A stretch of 63,812 nt of DNA, counting the filler, from Choristocarpus tenellus KU-1152 (lineage: Eukaryota > Protista > Phaeophyceae): assembly GCA_964200185.2 (NCBI GenBank). It is 12 parts of 12 records of this genome, joined end to end, with 100 filler letters (N's around TTAATTAATTAA, not from the genome) between each part and the next. Parts side by side here need not be neighbours in the genome. Positions count along the whole stretch, not along the records: positions 1 to 9,152 come from CAXNAD020003938.1; positions 9,253 to 16,662 come from CAXNAD020006197.1; 10 more parts are not named here. One strand, 5' to 3'. Position numbers and translations under genes: made by a program. This document shows positions 1-13,427 of this stretch, piece by piece; position 1 is the stretch's first letter; every line of letters begins with the position of its first letter. Under the pieces are notes generated by a model. That model had not been told where the DNA came from, made no database searches, and saw nothing but the letters and a program-made list of their open reading frames with translations.

Positions 1-51
1 GTATACTGCGTATTTCCATGTACTGAATGTTTCAATTATGTAACATGTAAC

Positions 52-226
52 AAGTATCTGGGGGAGGGGGGTCGCCGTCCGTTTTTCACCCCTTTTTCGA
101 TTTTCACTTTTTTGGTGCGATTTGGTCGCATGTGTTGCATTTGAAATGTCAGCAAAAAAAAGAGTTGTTGGACCGAAACGGACGCCCCCTCACAAACCAA
201 CCCCCCCCCCCCAGATACTTTGACCC
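52..226. mobile_element. MITE family B copy (one terminus truncated)
   Basis: aagtatctggggg...cccccagatactttgaccc. Homologous, in reverse orientation, to the complete copy at 35834-36008. Confidence 0.8.
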
Positions 227-1033
227 TAACACTACACAACATCTATATAACAATAAAAACCTTCCAATACAGTTGATGATGTCAGTACCAACAGGAAGGA
301 ACTTAGGGATTGGGTTAGAGGTGTCGCACGGTGTGTACGCACAAGGAAGAAACCCTTTCAGGGTGTACCCTATTTTGTACAGCATGGGCACAGGTATCAC
401 CGTTTATACATGTAAGCGTTTGAAGTAATTGATGCCAGTAAAGAGTCGGCAGAAAAATCAGGCACACAAAAAAATCCCTACAAGTATCTCATACTACTAT
501 CGCTGCCAAGTTCTCTTTTTATTTTTGAAATATTGATTTTGATCGTGTTCTTAGAAATTTCTCAAGTATTTTGTTATTACCTTCTCAAACTACTCTTTTG
601 AGCTCGGGCCTTCAGTGAAATACGAAGAAATAATAATAGGAAGAAATACAAAAAAAAAGGGGAAAAAAATATCACTAAATACACGGTGCAAGAATCGATT
701 AATAAGTGAAGCACATAAAACAGAGCATTTGGTACGTACAAGGTCCAGTAATGTAAGAATATACAGATCTACAGCAACTACCAAACCCCCCCAAATAATA
801 ATATTCCAACCAGCGGGCATTTTTACAACGGAAAATTTACATGAAACAAGGGTCAAGCCTGCACTACACCACATACAACAACCCTTCCAACTCAAAGGCC
901 TCGGGTGGGCTATACATGTTTTCGTACTCACTCACTACTACTACCTACTACAACTGTACTTTGTAACTGTAAAGCAAAATAAATAGGAAACATAAAAAAG
1001 AAACACAGTAATCACAACAAAACGAAAATCTAC

Positions 1034-1087
<54 letters not shown>

Positions 1088-1117
1088 CCCCNNNNNNNNN
1101 NATTATATATTTTAAAC

Positions 1118-1155
<38 letters not shown>

Positions 1156-1171
1156 AACCAAACAAAACAAA

Positions 1172-1205
<34 letters not shown>

Positions 1206-1210
1206 CCTAC

Positions 1211-2379
1211 CTTGATGCGCCCTCCCGAGAAAGAGTAGACCCGCTGCGGCTGCAGGAACTCGTACCAGCGGTCGCAAGTCTCCTTGAAGAAAGTTCCGCG
1301 AATCTCAGAACCTTCTTCGTCCAGGAGGTCCACCGAGAACAGGTGGCCCTCCCCCCGAGCATTGCTCCACCTTCGAATGTCAGACTTACTAGTCACCCTG
1401 TCACCACCGACACACCCAAGTGTTCGTCAGTGTGGCACCAAGGTGTGAGAGCGGAGCGAAGAACAAACAAGAGGTGTGGAGCTCGAGAGGTAGGCTGGGG
1501 GATGGGGATGGGGGGAGAGGAAGGAGTCTGGGGGGGAGATAGGGTAGGGCCAATATAGTCCTGAAGTGGGTATGCGGGTGAGCAAGGGTTCAGAGGATAC
1601 AAGAGTTCAGCTTTTGTAGGGGGTAAGGCGTGATCCTTGTCTATTTACTTAAAAGTAGCAAAAAAGTAACAACGCATGGATCTTGTTCATCAAAACATAA
1701 TACATTGTGCCTATTACACAAGCAAAATAGTGAACAACTAGTCTACATTACGTATACACTTTTATCACAACAAAATGACACACACACACACACTCACACA
1801 ATGCTCCTGCTACTCAAAACAAGCATCAAATTGACGTCTTTCAAATCTCTCTTATGCCCACCCCGCCCTTGAAAAACTAACCTCTCTGTACAAAACATTG
1901 AAACACACCTAGCCTTAATGGTCCATCTGTTGTGGTAAGGATTGAGCCCACTGATGGGGAGGTACATCTCTCCCATATCCGCCCTCTGAACTGGGCCACT
2001 GTTGGAGCTCCTGTTGCTATACGGGTTTGCCTGAGAACTGCCTGCATGCAAATTGCTGCTGCCCCCGCCATAACCACCGTAACCCCTTCCCCCACCACCA
2101 GTGCTGGGGGGGACCCCACCTGTGTTGTGGGTGCCGTAAGGTCTTGTGATGAGGTTGTTGATCAAGAGCAAAATAACAGTCAGTGTGACTCTGCCATCAC
2201 TGCCCCTGCCCCAAATAGCTAGTACACGTGGGTGTAAGCACTCCATCAATGCCATAGAAAGTGGACTAAGTAAGCACAACTTCAAGTCAAAATTCCTTGC
2301 AATCATACACCATGGTGCTGTAGCAACCTGCCTGCGCGCCATTGCCACCACCTCTCCGATCAAATACTAAGGAACCTCC

Positions 2380-2413
<34 letters not shown>

Positions 2414-5230
2414 TCTCCAAACACGAAACCAACAAAGAACCGCGACAAAACCCACCCGAACCCCCCAAAACCCCGAGCNNNNNNNNNNAAAACCACCCCC
2501 CCCCCCCCCCCCCCCCCCCAATTTTCTTAACATGTGCAAAACCAACGTGACCACAAAAAAATCACAACCCACAAATTTAACTACTGAATATTAAGCCAGC
2601 AACCCTCACACAATCAACCAAGCAACTCTACAACCATACACACTGCTACGAAGGGAACGGTCAGAGACCTACATACAATAGGGGATGAAAGGCATTGCAG
2701 AGGGGGAGGGGGGGGGGTAGGGGTTTGCAGCAGGGGGAAAAGAAAAAATCATACCAGAGTAAGGATTCTTAGCACGCCCTGCACTGCTGTTTCCCCCTCC
2801 TCCCGAATTAGAACCATAAGGGTTGTTTGCACGACCCCCGCCATAGCTGACTTGTGGCTTGACATCCATGGAGCTGTTCCCATACGGCCCTGTGCTGTTG
2901 TAGTGCTGCTGCTGACGGGGCGGTGGGCCAGAGCCGTTCTTATTTATTCCAGGCAGTGACAACATGAAAGAGAGATAAGAGAGAGAGAGAGAGAGATAGA
3001 ACATCAAAGGATGGAAAGAAAAAAAAGAGGCAAGGGTGATGGCTGAACGCATGCAGACCCGAGGGGGAAGAGAAATAGCAAGATACAATGTAAGTGACAG
3101 AAAAAAAACGGTTCTTATATATTTATACTGCAAAGAAGACAGGCCAATTTATTCCGGAAGTAAGGATCCTCTCTCCTCAGCAACCCTGCCATTCCCAGTT
3201 GTGCGGGTAGATGATGAAAATAGTGGGGCCGTTGGTGATAGCGTTGTAATGACGGACCGGAAGGAGAGGGAGATATGCACCATTTTCCACATTTTTAAAG
3301 CAACGCCTTCCAACCACCATATTGAGAGCCAAATGGCGGTACTTGGGGGGTGTTCCGACAATCGACGCCACTGTCCTCAAGACTTGCAAAAGTAATAGAG
3401 GTCAATTAGTAGGGACTGCGGTAGTGTAGGCACTGACTTACAATCAAGGAAGGCAAATTAAGGTTAGGGCTCGTTGTTGTGGATTCCATTGTTGGGAGGA
3501 AGAGCTGAGAAAAAAAAGAAAGAGGCAACATGTCACACTGGTGTGTTACAGGCAGCAAGGAGCAGGATGTACGAAATATAGATGGACTAGATAGTACAAC
3601 CTAGCTTACGTTCCTTGGAAGGGATCCAACTCTTGTGCAATCAGTACAGTCTAGAAGGGTAACATATACAATCTTTGATTATTTGACAATCAGAGCACAG
3701 CAGTGGAAGGGAAAGGGAGGTGTTGGGCTCATTGCAGTGGCGGGATGACCACAAGCCACCCTCCCCAGTCAAGGTAGTCCTGATAGGTGCGGGGATTAAA
3801 GCGACCACTAGCAACCAGACAGCTATTTGAAATTATTTGTCTGCGTGTGACAGCGAATAGTTGGGAGCTAGAAGGACCGCCTTGCAAATCTTGAAAACTT
3901 TGGTCACTCATGTGTAGGTAGAGGACTAGTTGTCAATGGGTCCAAGAGGAATTGGGTAGGGTGGTCACGACAGTATTGAAACTGAACGGTGGATTGGTAC
4001 TCACCTCACTGGAAGGGTCATTCATTGGGGCGGGTTTTGGCGCGCCAATCTTGGGCTGTGCTCCTGACACGACTTCCAGGGTGAGCACAATGATGAGCCT
4101 GTTGGTGGGAGGATCACATTGCAGGATAGGATGGGTAGGCTAGGGTTGAGGGACAAGAGTAAGCCCGAGAAGGAGGACAAAAATATTTCAAGGAGCACTT
4201 GCCACCTTTTTCTGTGCCATGAGAAGGATGATAAATATAAATATCCAACTACAGAGTCCGAGGGCTGAGTATTCGATGGTCCCAAAATATCAAAATATCA
4301 CCTACACGTGCTTCATCAACTAAATGCCTTTCCCATTTCCCCTAACTTTGGATACCAACCTTCTAAATGCGTGTGCAGAGCAACAGGACCCAACAAGAGC
4401 TGTGAACAGACCTGACGTATTCGCTGTAAGCACTACAAAGGAGGAACTCCTTGCGGGTTGGGGTTGAGGTGGCAAGGGAAACTGACCCAGGCCAACATTT
4501 AGACTATGGAACAGTCACCGACTCAAGCTGTTGACCAGAATAACAACTCGACAATGACTAATCATTTGTGGATACTCACTTCTTTCCCTGCACAAGGTTG
4601 ACGATGAACTCCTCCAAGCGGATAAGGCACCCTTCCTTGAGGTGACCCTCCGTGATAATGGAGTTCTGCTGTGTCGCGAGCATTGACTGGGTGAAGTGTT
4701 CTCCATCAGATAATATCAGACGGTACCGGTCATTAGATGCTCCAGCTGGGTTCATCTTCTTCACGCTCACCACCTATGGAGAGATTCACAAATCGTTGAG
4801 GACGGGAGATGCATTTCACATGGACTAGAGCTGTGTTTAGAATGTTTGCATCAACGGGAAATTATGGGCGATAAGAAAAAGAGATCCAAGGAAGACAGCG
4901 CTGCACTTTGTAATCTCACAGGGACATATCACACGGTATTGATTGCTTTGACAGACACTCTTGGACACGATTGTCGAGCCAGTGTGAGGCAGATTGCGAC
5001 CCTTTCAATTGTTGGAGATCTCGACCAATGGGTTCTCCTTCATATATATTATCAAGGGAGTAATAGGATCCTCTCACGGGACTAACACACTGATACAGAC
5101 AGCCGGACATTCTATTGACTGCTCTGTGATCAAGGGAAACAGGACATACCTGGACAATAGGGTGGAAATCGGATTGGCTTCCGCTATTTGCGAGCACAGT
5201 GGTTATTGCTCCATTCGTTATGGTGGCCAT
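1211..5230 (-). CDS. RPA1: Replication protein A 70 kDa subunit, 5' part (6 exons; gene continues past window start)
   Basis: Phase-compatible GT-AG exons 5230-5150, 4773-4580, 4098-4005, 2938-2755, 2119-1909, 1397-1211. They give MATITNGAI..HPIVQVVSVKKM..DRYRLILSDGEHFTQSMLATQQN..LIRLEEFIVN..KKLIIVLTLEVV..PKIG (RPA1N OB fold), a Gly-rich linker, then [54 protein letters not shown] (DBD-A). Confidence 0.96.
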
Positions 5231-8190
5231 CTTGAAGGTGAGAACTTTCGAGACGCTGAGGTAAAGTTCAGCAACCCCACGCAACAGCTTCTTCCTAACG
5301 CAATGGTGTGAGGTAGGGATAGAGACTTGGTATGATACCGCCAAAGTTCAAATTTCCAAGTTTTGAATGCACGATGAAGCGCGCGTTCAATATTGCTCGC
5401 CTTCTGGTTACGAGTAAGGATAAGGAATTACAATAATTCATATAATACTAGTAGTATTATTGATTTTGTGTGCTTCTATCCTTCAAGAAATTTTTCGTAG
5501 TAGTGATCTGAGTCACACCTACATTACCACACACCTAAAAACTGAAGAACTACCTGTACCCACTACAACTCTGGTGTATTATGCACGTCATGTTGGAAAA
5601 CACTGCACGGATGTAGGCCCCACAAATTCCTGTTTTATGTAGGGTAAATTGTAGCAGCCCCCATATTTGCAAACCCGAGCATGAAGCCGACAAACGTGAA
5701 GTTGATTAGGTTCACCGCCTTGTTTTTGTGTCTAACAACAAAGACATATTATAGTCCCGTGGACAAGGCAACAGGAAAAGAACTCTACAATAGGGTGTGG
5801 GCAAGGGAGAGTACAAAAAGACAGTGAGTGAGTGCTCTCTTGTCCTCCTGTAGTAGTTATTACGAAAGATTTTATTCATAGAAACCCAATATGCTGTATC
5901 AAATGTTTCAGTTCGTAATGGGATGTAGTTGGAGTAGTGCAAAAAAACGAGATGGAGGCATTATATTACATTCTGCTAACATCAGTAGACGCTACTACTG
6001 TGTTCATTGTGCTTTCTCCTTTTCTTTCGACAAGCCTGGTAAAACATCTGTCTTGAAAGGTATCTCAATGACTGGTGGTGCACAAGAATGTGTTCAATCA
6101 AATATATCTCTATGTATGTATAATACTGTATATACTTCGAAGCATGTATATATAAATTATATTTGCATCATAGTATGTCATAGTTGAGACTGAAGGCAGT
6201 CGCAGCCCCCTAGCCCAATGCAAGGATAATCAACACATTATTTAATTGAGTTGTGTATACCCTTCATTGCCTCACACCAGCCTGCTCGAAGAAAACTGCC
6301 TCATGCCAGAGACGACCCTCTACCTGCCTTTCTTGAACTGTGCTTGTCTCTTCCACAAGTAAGAAGGAAATAGGTTGTTCTCTTCCTTCCCTGGGCAACA
6401 GCAACAACAGCCTCTGCTAGTTAGCCACAGCATGTCCATTTCATGATACATGGTAAACATAGTATTGAATTTTACATGTTTTATCTTTTCAATTAGAAGT
6501 GTTACAACAAGATAAGCAACACACTTCACTCAGCAAGTCCACAAGTGAGGTGTCACAAAGTAGTCATGACTGTCAGATGCTGGACAACAACCTCATGACT
6601 TTTAAAAAAAATGTATTCCTCAATTAGCAGCAACAACACTATTGATAACGCTCTCTGCACATCACCATTTCCCTACCAACCATCACACCACATATGCCTC
6701 GAGTCAATTTCGATCCTAAAGCATCTCTATTCATCAAGGCTCCAGTCCTAGCTCAAAATAGACACCCTTTTGCAGACACTCCAGAGACTATCTTCTAGCA
6801 TAGTAGTAACCACACAATTCAACCAGACCTCCACCATACCAATTCCACAACAACGAATACCCCCACCCCATATCAGGAACTCTTGGACTGTACATACTTT
6901 ACAAGGGGTCAAGCTTAAACATAAGCCTTCCGTGTCCTTACATCCATCCCTTCAACTAAATCAACTCCCCCCCCTGGTCTTTCTAACAAGCATGTGCTCT
7001 AACTCACTGCTGTCACAATGACTCTTACAGGTGTTAATGTCTTCCAACCACAGATTGCAATACACCCCCCAAGGCTATTTCTCTCAGTCCTTTCATGACA
7101 ACAGCATCTTGATGCTCTGCAAGACACCTCTGCTGTCTTGTGTCTTGTGTGTTGACTGTTCCACCTATGCCAGGAACCGCGGAGAAAAAAAAACAAAAAC
7201 ACAGTACAACACAAGCATGCATCGCTGCACTGTACATACATATAATGCAAGAAAATATTAAATATATGTATGTACAGCACAGGATACAAGCCCCACAGGT
7301 CAAGCAACTAACTACGATTCCACCAGCCAATCAATCCCTGATCACCCAAGCGCTCAGGGATATTGCAGATGAACTAGGTTGCCGATCCACTTTACCCTCC
7401 AAATCCGTGCACAAAAAGTACATGGAAGTATGCAGCTATGCACAAAACAGAAATTCCCGTGGTGAGTGGAAAGGGAAGCTCAATCCGCACAAAGAGCAAC
7501 AAAGAGGAAGAATCTGGGTTAACACACACACACACATTTGGTTGTTCCTGGGCAGCAACAACACTACTGTCAACATCGAATGATTTCCGCTGGGAACAAA
7601 AAAAAAGAAATAAAATTGGTCAACAGAAGGCTCAATTGAAACTCTCCTTCGCCAAAATGGCATTGTGGGCTAGCTGAGATGCCTCCCCCAAATAGGTAAG
7701 TTACAGCTCTGAGGGGTGGGGGGGGGAGGGGGTAGGGGGAAGCTTGCTCACAACTTGCTGAGAGAGAGAACCAGTAAACAATTGAGAAGCAAACAAAAAG
7801 CTTCCGGAAAGAGTCGTCTCATTGCCAAAGAAAAAAAAAGACTGCAGAAGAGACGAGTCATTTGATTTTTTCCCTTTAAAGTGGAGCCTTGATTGTGGAC
7901 AAAAAGTGATCCTTCACAAAGAAAGAAGGAAAAGTGATGAAACGACCCAGCACATGGACAGCCTTGTAAGCCAATTAAGGGACAGGGGAGTGAGCTGGGT
8001 CACCACATCTTGCACTCGTTAAGCGAACAATCTGCCTCAAGCAGGGATACACACAAAGAGTCCCAGCTCAAGCTGCTGCTGTCGCCAGGTGGTCTATTCG
8101 AAAGGAGAGAGCTGTAGAAATCCCTCAAAAGGACCGCCAAGCAGGGTGTATTCACTCACTATCACGGGGATCATTGAGGCAACGAGTTTG

Positions 8191-8585
8191 CTAATCTCTT
8201 CCACTATTTTGTTGCATTTTTACGTAGTCCTGGAAGGAAAGCTTCCACTTGGAACTCTGGTAACGTGTCACCTGAAGTAGACCATGGGAGGGGGGGGAGA
8301 GTGGGCACTTGAGGTGGATAGAGCCAGTTCATACTCCACCTCTAGCAAGTGAAATATGACAACGGAGTGACATGTTTACTACTGCTAGTAAGGCAATTAT
8401 CACCAGAATGCAAATGAAGAATGAACAAGGAAAATGGTTCAGGAAGGCACAGGGCAAATAATGGCAACACCCGGGGAGGGGAGGGGGATGGGTCACCTGT
8501 ACATGACTGAGAAAGTTCCTGTCAACTGCATCCCTGTATCCTGCTTTGCGAACAAGGCGAGTGAGGGTAACTTTCTTTGTCCACC
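8191..8585 (-). CDS. AMMECR1: AMMECR1-domain protein, last two exons
   Basis: Exons 8585-8497 and 8271-8191 (TAG) give GWTKKVTLTRLVRKAGYRDAVDRNFLSHVQVTRYQSSKWKLSFQDYVKMQQNSGRD*. This matches the AMMECR1 C-terminal pattern GW..T+..L+RK.GY..+TRY.S.K..LS+.+Y. The upstream donor (GTAAGC, 9152-9147) abuts the contig end. Confidence 0.88.
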
Positions 8586-9152
8586 CTGAAAGTACCGACA
8601 AAGAGGAGAGCAAGGGCATACTTCACACATAAATGATTAATGATAAATATATATATATATTGTACTTGCATTGATAAACCAGAAGCAAATGGCAAAGTCA
8701 CTGTAAAGGTAGACATGCAAGTGTATTGCACACCATTTGGGAGGTAGAGTATCATTGGCAGGCTGGACAGTTTGTGAAATTATATAGGCAGGCACACACA
8801 TCAAATCCACGAAGGCACATGCATGGCGTATTGACAAACACATGCAAGGTAAACACCTCTGTCCAGTTCATGCAGAAATCTAGAGTGAACAAGAAAATGG
8901 GCTCAAGGATAGGGGGAAGAACAAGCAATTATCTCCGGTCTTTGGTGGAGGTTCAACACGACAATCGAGCTCATTCTATCACTTTTGAACTCTTTCCAAC
9001 ATGTTTTACTCAACACACAAATACTAATGGAGCTGATTGGGAGAATATGCTGTCGTGTAATGAGGCGAAGTCAATTATGACTTTCTCATGCCCTCCAAGG
9101 AAAAAAACGAGGTAGATGGGGGGGGGTGCAGTGTGGGAGGGCAGGGGCTTAC

Positions 9153-9252
9153 NNNNNNNNNNNNNNNNNNNNNNNNNNNNNNNNNNNNNNNNNNNNTTAA
9201 TTAATTAANNNNNNNNNNNNNNNNNNNNNNNNNNNNNNNNNNNNNNNNNNNN
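9153..9252. other. Artificial contig-joining spacer (44N-TTAATTAATTAA-44N)
   Basis: The same 100-nt spacer occurs at 16663-16762, 20981-21080, 24559-24658, 28982-29081, 34961-35060, 38371-38470, 42967-43066, 51574-51673, 55647-55746 and 58536-58635. The 12-mer is palindromic and has stops in all six frames. Confidence 0.97.
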
Positions 9253-9656
9253 GCAGAACAACCATCCTCATAGTCCCGCTCCATCCTCAATTTTGAGAAT
9301 CCCCTGTTATATATGTGGAAATTGATACGAGGTGTGTGATGATGTTGAATAGAACAAATACACAGATCCTACATACAAACAATTGAACAAAGAAAACTAT
9401 TGATACAACTCTCCATCCTCTATCACTTCAATAGCGTGATAGGGTCAAATTGTGGAGTGTACATCTTTTTTCGAATTTGCACATTTGAAGAATTATGTTA
9501 TAGTGCAGAAAAAAAATGTTCGCCAAACCACACACGTGACACTAACGCCCACACTCGTTCACTCATCCAACAACCAACCAAAGAGCCTCACAAATATAGA
9601 GCATTCATTGTCGCCGTTCATGGAGAGGATCAGAACCATTGCACTGCAGACGTAGG

Positions 9657-10796
9657 ATGGCCACCCGTCAGCCACTAGTGGACCTGGCTAACACGGGAAA
9701 TGAACTCGTGGACTCTGGAGGGGTAGACCCCGCGACATCCCAAGGGTAAGCCCAGGCCTCCGTCGCTGCTAGACATACTTCAATGCAGCCTAGGCTTTCC
9801 ATAATTACGGCAATGAGGCATTAGCACTTGAAGAACTAACGTAGTTTTTTACATGACGCCAAATGCTTCTCAATCCAACTTTTACATCAGAGTCAGAGAC
9901 ACGTGGTGTTCACCAGTTACACTGTAGCTCAGAACTGGTGACGCACATGTCCTCCCTTCAACAGCACGACGAAACCTCTCGATGAAGAACGTTACATCGG
10001 ATACATCACGACCGATATTTATTGTCGATTGACGATATTCCTACCGATATCCATACCAACCCTAACCCTAGCCCTTACCCCAACCCTAACCCTGTACCTC
10101 AACCTCAGCACCATCCCTGACCCTTACAATGCCATGCCAACACGTGTTTTGCTCTTCCTTCATCAACTTACCAAGTGCAACTTTTTTGGTGGGGGCTATC
10201 GTACAGGGGAAGGTCAGTGACGTTCAGATAGACGATTCAGGGGCATACATCTACTCTGTTTCCTACCTTCCAGACGATGGCAAAAACTCTTTGTCCCCTG
10301 AACTGAGGTCGTACATGACAGAGGATAAGATCGAGGAGGGTATTGAACAACTTCGGGAGAAGAAGAAGAGGGACAGTGATGAGGCTGCAGCCTGGCGTCT
10401 CTCAGACAATGCCGCCGGTCGATTGTTGGTCGCCAGCAGAAGCGTAGGGACAAGAAGGATACCGAGAAATATATCCTCCTCGAACCGACACTGAGGGCTG
10501 TGCCGGATCTAGATGAGGGAGAAACACTCTATGCCAGTGCCAAGGGCAGGGGACTGTACTTCAGGTGGGACAATCAGTGGATGTGAGGGACCGTGACCAA
10601 GTACCAGCCCCACTACACGGTGAAAGTTGGAGAGGAGCGAGTCAGCTACCCCTACGAGGTTAATTGGGAGAATGGCGATTTGCGAAATATCCAGCTTCTT
10701 GTGGAACGATACAGTATACAACAAGACGCTCCTACACGGGCCTGGTTCTGGACAAGTCCAACACTGCCGCGATGCAGACAAGAGACACGGCTTTGA
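9657..10796 (+). pseudogene. Degenerate gene with two Tudor/SH3-like beta modules, probably TE-associated
   Basis: Candidate first exon 9657-9745 (MATRQPLVDL..., donor GTAAG). Module 1: GKVSDVQIDDSGAYIYSVSYLPDDG. Module 2: YFRWDNQWM*GTVTKY..YPYEVNWENGDLRNIQLLVERY..APTRAW, with an in-frame TGA at 10584-10586. Fold assignment is inference. Confidence 0.4.
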
Positions 10797-11130
10797 GGAG
10801 CTACCCAAGACATTCCTATTCGTGAGTCACCCTCTACTTTACCTATCAGGCACATACCTTCACGGACATGTTGTCCTGGAGAGGTTGCGGACATTCTCTT
10901 AATCAACAGTTTTTTACATACATATGGTACATTCTAATTAACATCTTCTTATAGGGTTAGTGTTCATGTGTCATCATACGCACGCTTTTCTTCGCCTGGT
11001 GGCAACCTGAATTTTATTTGGATTGGTGTGTTCTGCCATTGTTCTCTCATACTTACTGCCATCCCTCATAATGCGTTCTTGGATGAGATAACTTACACAT
11101 CACAATACAATATTTTGATGTGTTTGTCCT

Positions 11131-11349
11131 GAGTGAAAGTATCGTTTAGAAGGTATGGGTTTTGCCCCGTTTGTCCATTTGGGGCTTGGCTTCCCATGGG
11201 TTTTTTTATCACATTTTCCTACTCCAAAGTGTTTAGGAGTAGGTAAAATGTATACGTTATGAAAAGGCGTGCCCGAAACATCAAAATCGCAACATTAGAT
11301 TTTGACCCCCAAATGGACGCGGCGCTACCCCTCTAAGATACTTTGGCTC
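11131..11349 (+). mobile_element. MITE family A copy, internally deleted, TSD TCCT
   Basis: tcct|GAGTGAAAGTATC...GATACTTTGGCTC|tcct. Lacks roughly 40 bp of the interior relative to other copies. Confidence 0.92.
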
Positions 11350-11974
11350 TCCTGTAGCTCTGCCTAACGCGATATCTAAATTCCAGAAACATTGCACTGC
11401 AAGGGTTATGTCTTCTTTTATTCTGCGTCCTCTGGAGCACGCAGAACCCTTCCAACCCTCATCATGCACACCGTACTAAGACCGTCTATCTCACATAACT
11501 AACCCTCCGACGTGTATGCGCATGGTGCAAAGACCAATCGACCCATTGTCTAACACAATAACAATGGCAATCCAAGTGCACCCAATTTGTGCAGGGGTAT
11601 GACCCGGAGTATGCAACCTACAACCCTTCTCCCTCACCTCTTTCCGTTTCTCGGGCTGAAGGGTCAGTGACAGAAACCTTGCAAAAATAAGCTAGATGAA
11701 GAAACATACCGTGCTCGATATCACCATCTAAAACACAACAAGGTGACATCTTCATAACAGATAACCCCTCTTCCACACCTAATCCAAACGGCAGCAACCA
11801 CCTAACTACAAATTTTGAACACAACGACAACTTTCCTAAGCCATAATCACACAGAATGCACGCACTCAAGCGCCAAGCACAGGTCCTAAATGCAGTTTGT
11901 TCCAAAATATATCAAAAAAGGACAAACCCTCCACGACTGAAGACAACAATTCCCCGAATTTTCGAACACCTCAT

Positions 11975-12032
11975 CAGGGCCGAAACGGACGCTCCATCAC
12001 AAACCACATCCCCTCCCCAGATACTTTGACCC
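11975..12032. mobile_element. MITE family B fragment
   Basis: ccgaaacggacgctccatcacaaaccac...ccccagatactttgaccc matches the right part of 52-226. Confidence 0.65.
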
Positions 12033-12361
12033 GTGGTGGTTCCCTAGTGGACACTGTACTTCTGCATGACACTGTGAAACCTCTCCCATAATGTTTACTT
12101 GACTGGGTTGGGATATATGTCATACATAAGTTAGGGTTAGGGTTAAGTTTTCGAAAATGCATACGAAAAAGTGAAACACAATGACACGGAGTGGTGACTC
12201 TAAAGAGGGGGGGGCTCCCCTGTACACTGCAACAATGATCGATTCCAGTATATTACCAGTGCATTGCAGCGAAATTTTATAAGTGCCAGAGTTAAGCTTG
12301 TAATTGATTTGTTTTGTCCCTACAATAAATGTAGTCGCTCGCATTTGTGATCTGCCCATTT

Positions 12362-12629
12362 GGCTCAAAGTACCTGGGGNNNNNNNNNNATGGGGTGGGT
12401 TGGCGCCTGCACTAAATGTAGTCGCGCGCGGTGGTGTGTGGCGGTTGTGGCTAAGCGGCCCTGGGGGGGGGGGGTGACGGCTGTCCTTTTGTGGCAATTT
12501 TTTCATGTTGCGATTTTGGGTGATTTGGTTGCATACGTCGGATGGATAGTGTAAACGCACTTTTCCTGGTTATGACCCAAATGGACACCCTTATGTAGAC
12601 CCCCCCCCCACTACCAGATACTTTGGGTC
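12362..12629. mobile_element. MITE family C copy (contains a 10-N gap)
   Basis: ggctcaaagtacctgggg...ccagatactttgggtc. Interior homologous to 13340-13427, 51099-51273 and 58636-58794. Confidence 0.7.
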
Positions 12630-13244
12630 GTTATAGCTTATTTTTCGATTTCAATACCATGGCGAGTAGTGTATGGAAACGCGTACATCCACGTACTGAT
12701 CACCTCCTATCACACAGAGAAGCATTACTTTGATAGTAGTGAGAGTTGGGTTCAACAACATTGAAGCAACTATATGTACAACCAACAGCAAAGGCAACTG
12801 TTTGAGGGTCTCGTGGCAAGCACGGATCATACTATCTTGCTCAAGAATTTGATTTTGATGTTTTGGGAAGTCGCAACTAAGAAACGAAAGGTCAAACCAA
12901 CTGAGAGGTAGGCAACATTGCATTTTTTAAGGATTCCAAGAAAAAAGTAAAAAAGTAAAAAAGTATACAATTTCGTACAATTGCAGGAGAGAGAGTCTTC
13001 GCTCAATTGTGGTGTCACGTTGTGTGTGGAAAAGGGAAAAATCTATTTTCTGTACACATTACGCAATGGAATAGAGTGTATTGTACAGGGTAAGAAAGAT
13101 GGCTTTGAATACAAAAAGGTCCAAACCTGTCTATCTCTCGATTGGTTTGGCTCAAAGGGAGGGAACAAAGTGGGGGGAAGGAAAAAAGGAAAAGAGGACA
13201 AAAGTGGTGTTGGTACCTCCAAGACTAGCATTCAAAGTTCAGAA

Positions 13245-13325
13245 ACCCAGGCGAGGTTTACTTATACAAGATCCAAACAGCTGGTTCAAGTGTGTGGAGG
13301 ATAGAGCCAAACAAATCATGGACAT
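13245..13325 (+). mobile_element. Possible RTE-LINE 3' remnant
   Basis: QDPNSWFKCVEDRAKQIM resembles the W...VE.GA..FM end of RTE-type ORFs. Short and unsupported by flanks. Confidence 0.3.
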
Positions 13326-13339
13326 CGGGCATACTATGT

Positions 13340-13427
13340 GGGGAGGGGGTGACGGCTGTCCATTTGGGGCCCATTTTTGCATGTCGTGATTTTTGGGCGA
13401 TTTGGTTGCATGCGTCAGATGGATCAT
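13340..13427. mobile_element. MITE family C fragment abutting a family A copy
   Basis: gggggtgacggctgtccatttggggcccatttttgcatgtcgtgatttttgggcgatttggttgcatgcgtcagatggat aligns with 12470-12547. Confidence 0.7.

Noticed and set aside
1036-1204. Poly-Gly/poly-Phe ORFs from poly-C and poly-A tracts
   Set aside because: Intronic homopolymers next to a gap; lengths are unreliable.
7395-7513. Possible hydrophobic - strand exon between AMMECR1 and RPA1
   Set aside because: No partner exons or recognisable domain; may be UTR or intergenic.
9197-9208. Recurrent TTAATTAATTAA palindrome as a biological repeat or CRISPR-like array
   Set aside because: Always centred in a 100-nt N spacer; it is an assembly linker with six-frame stops.
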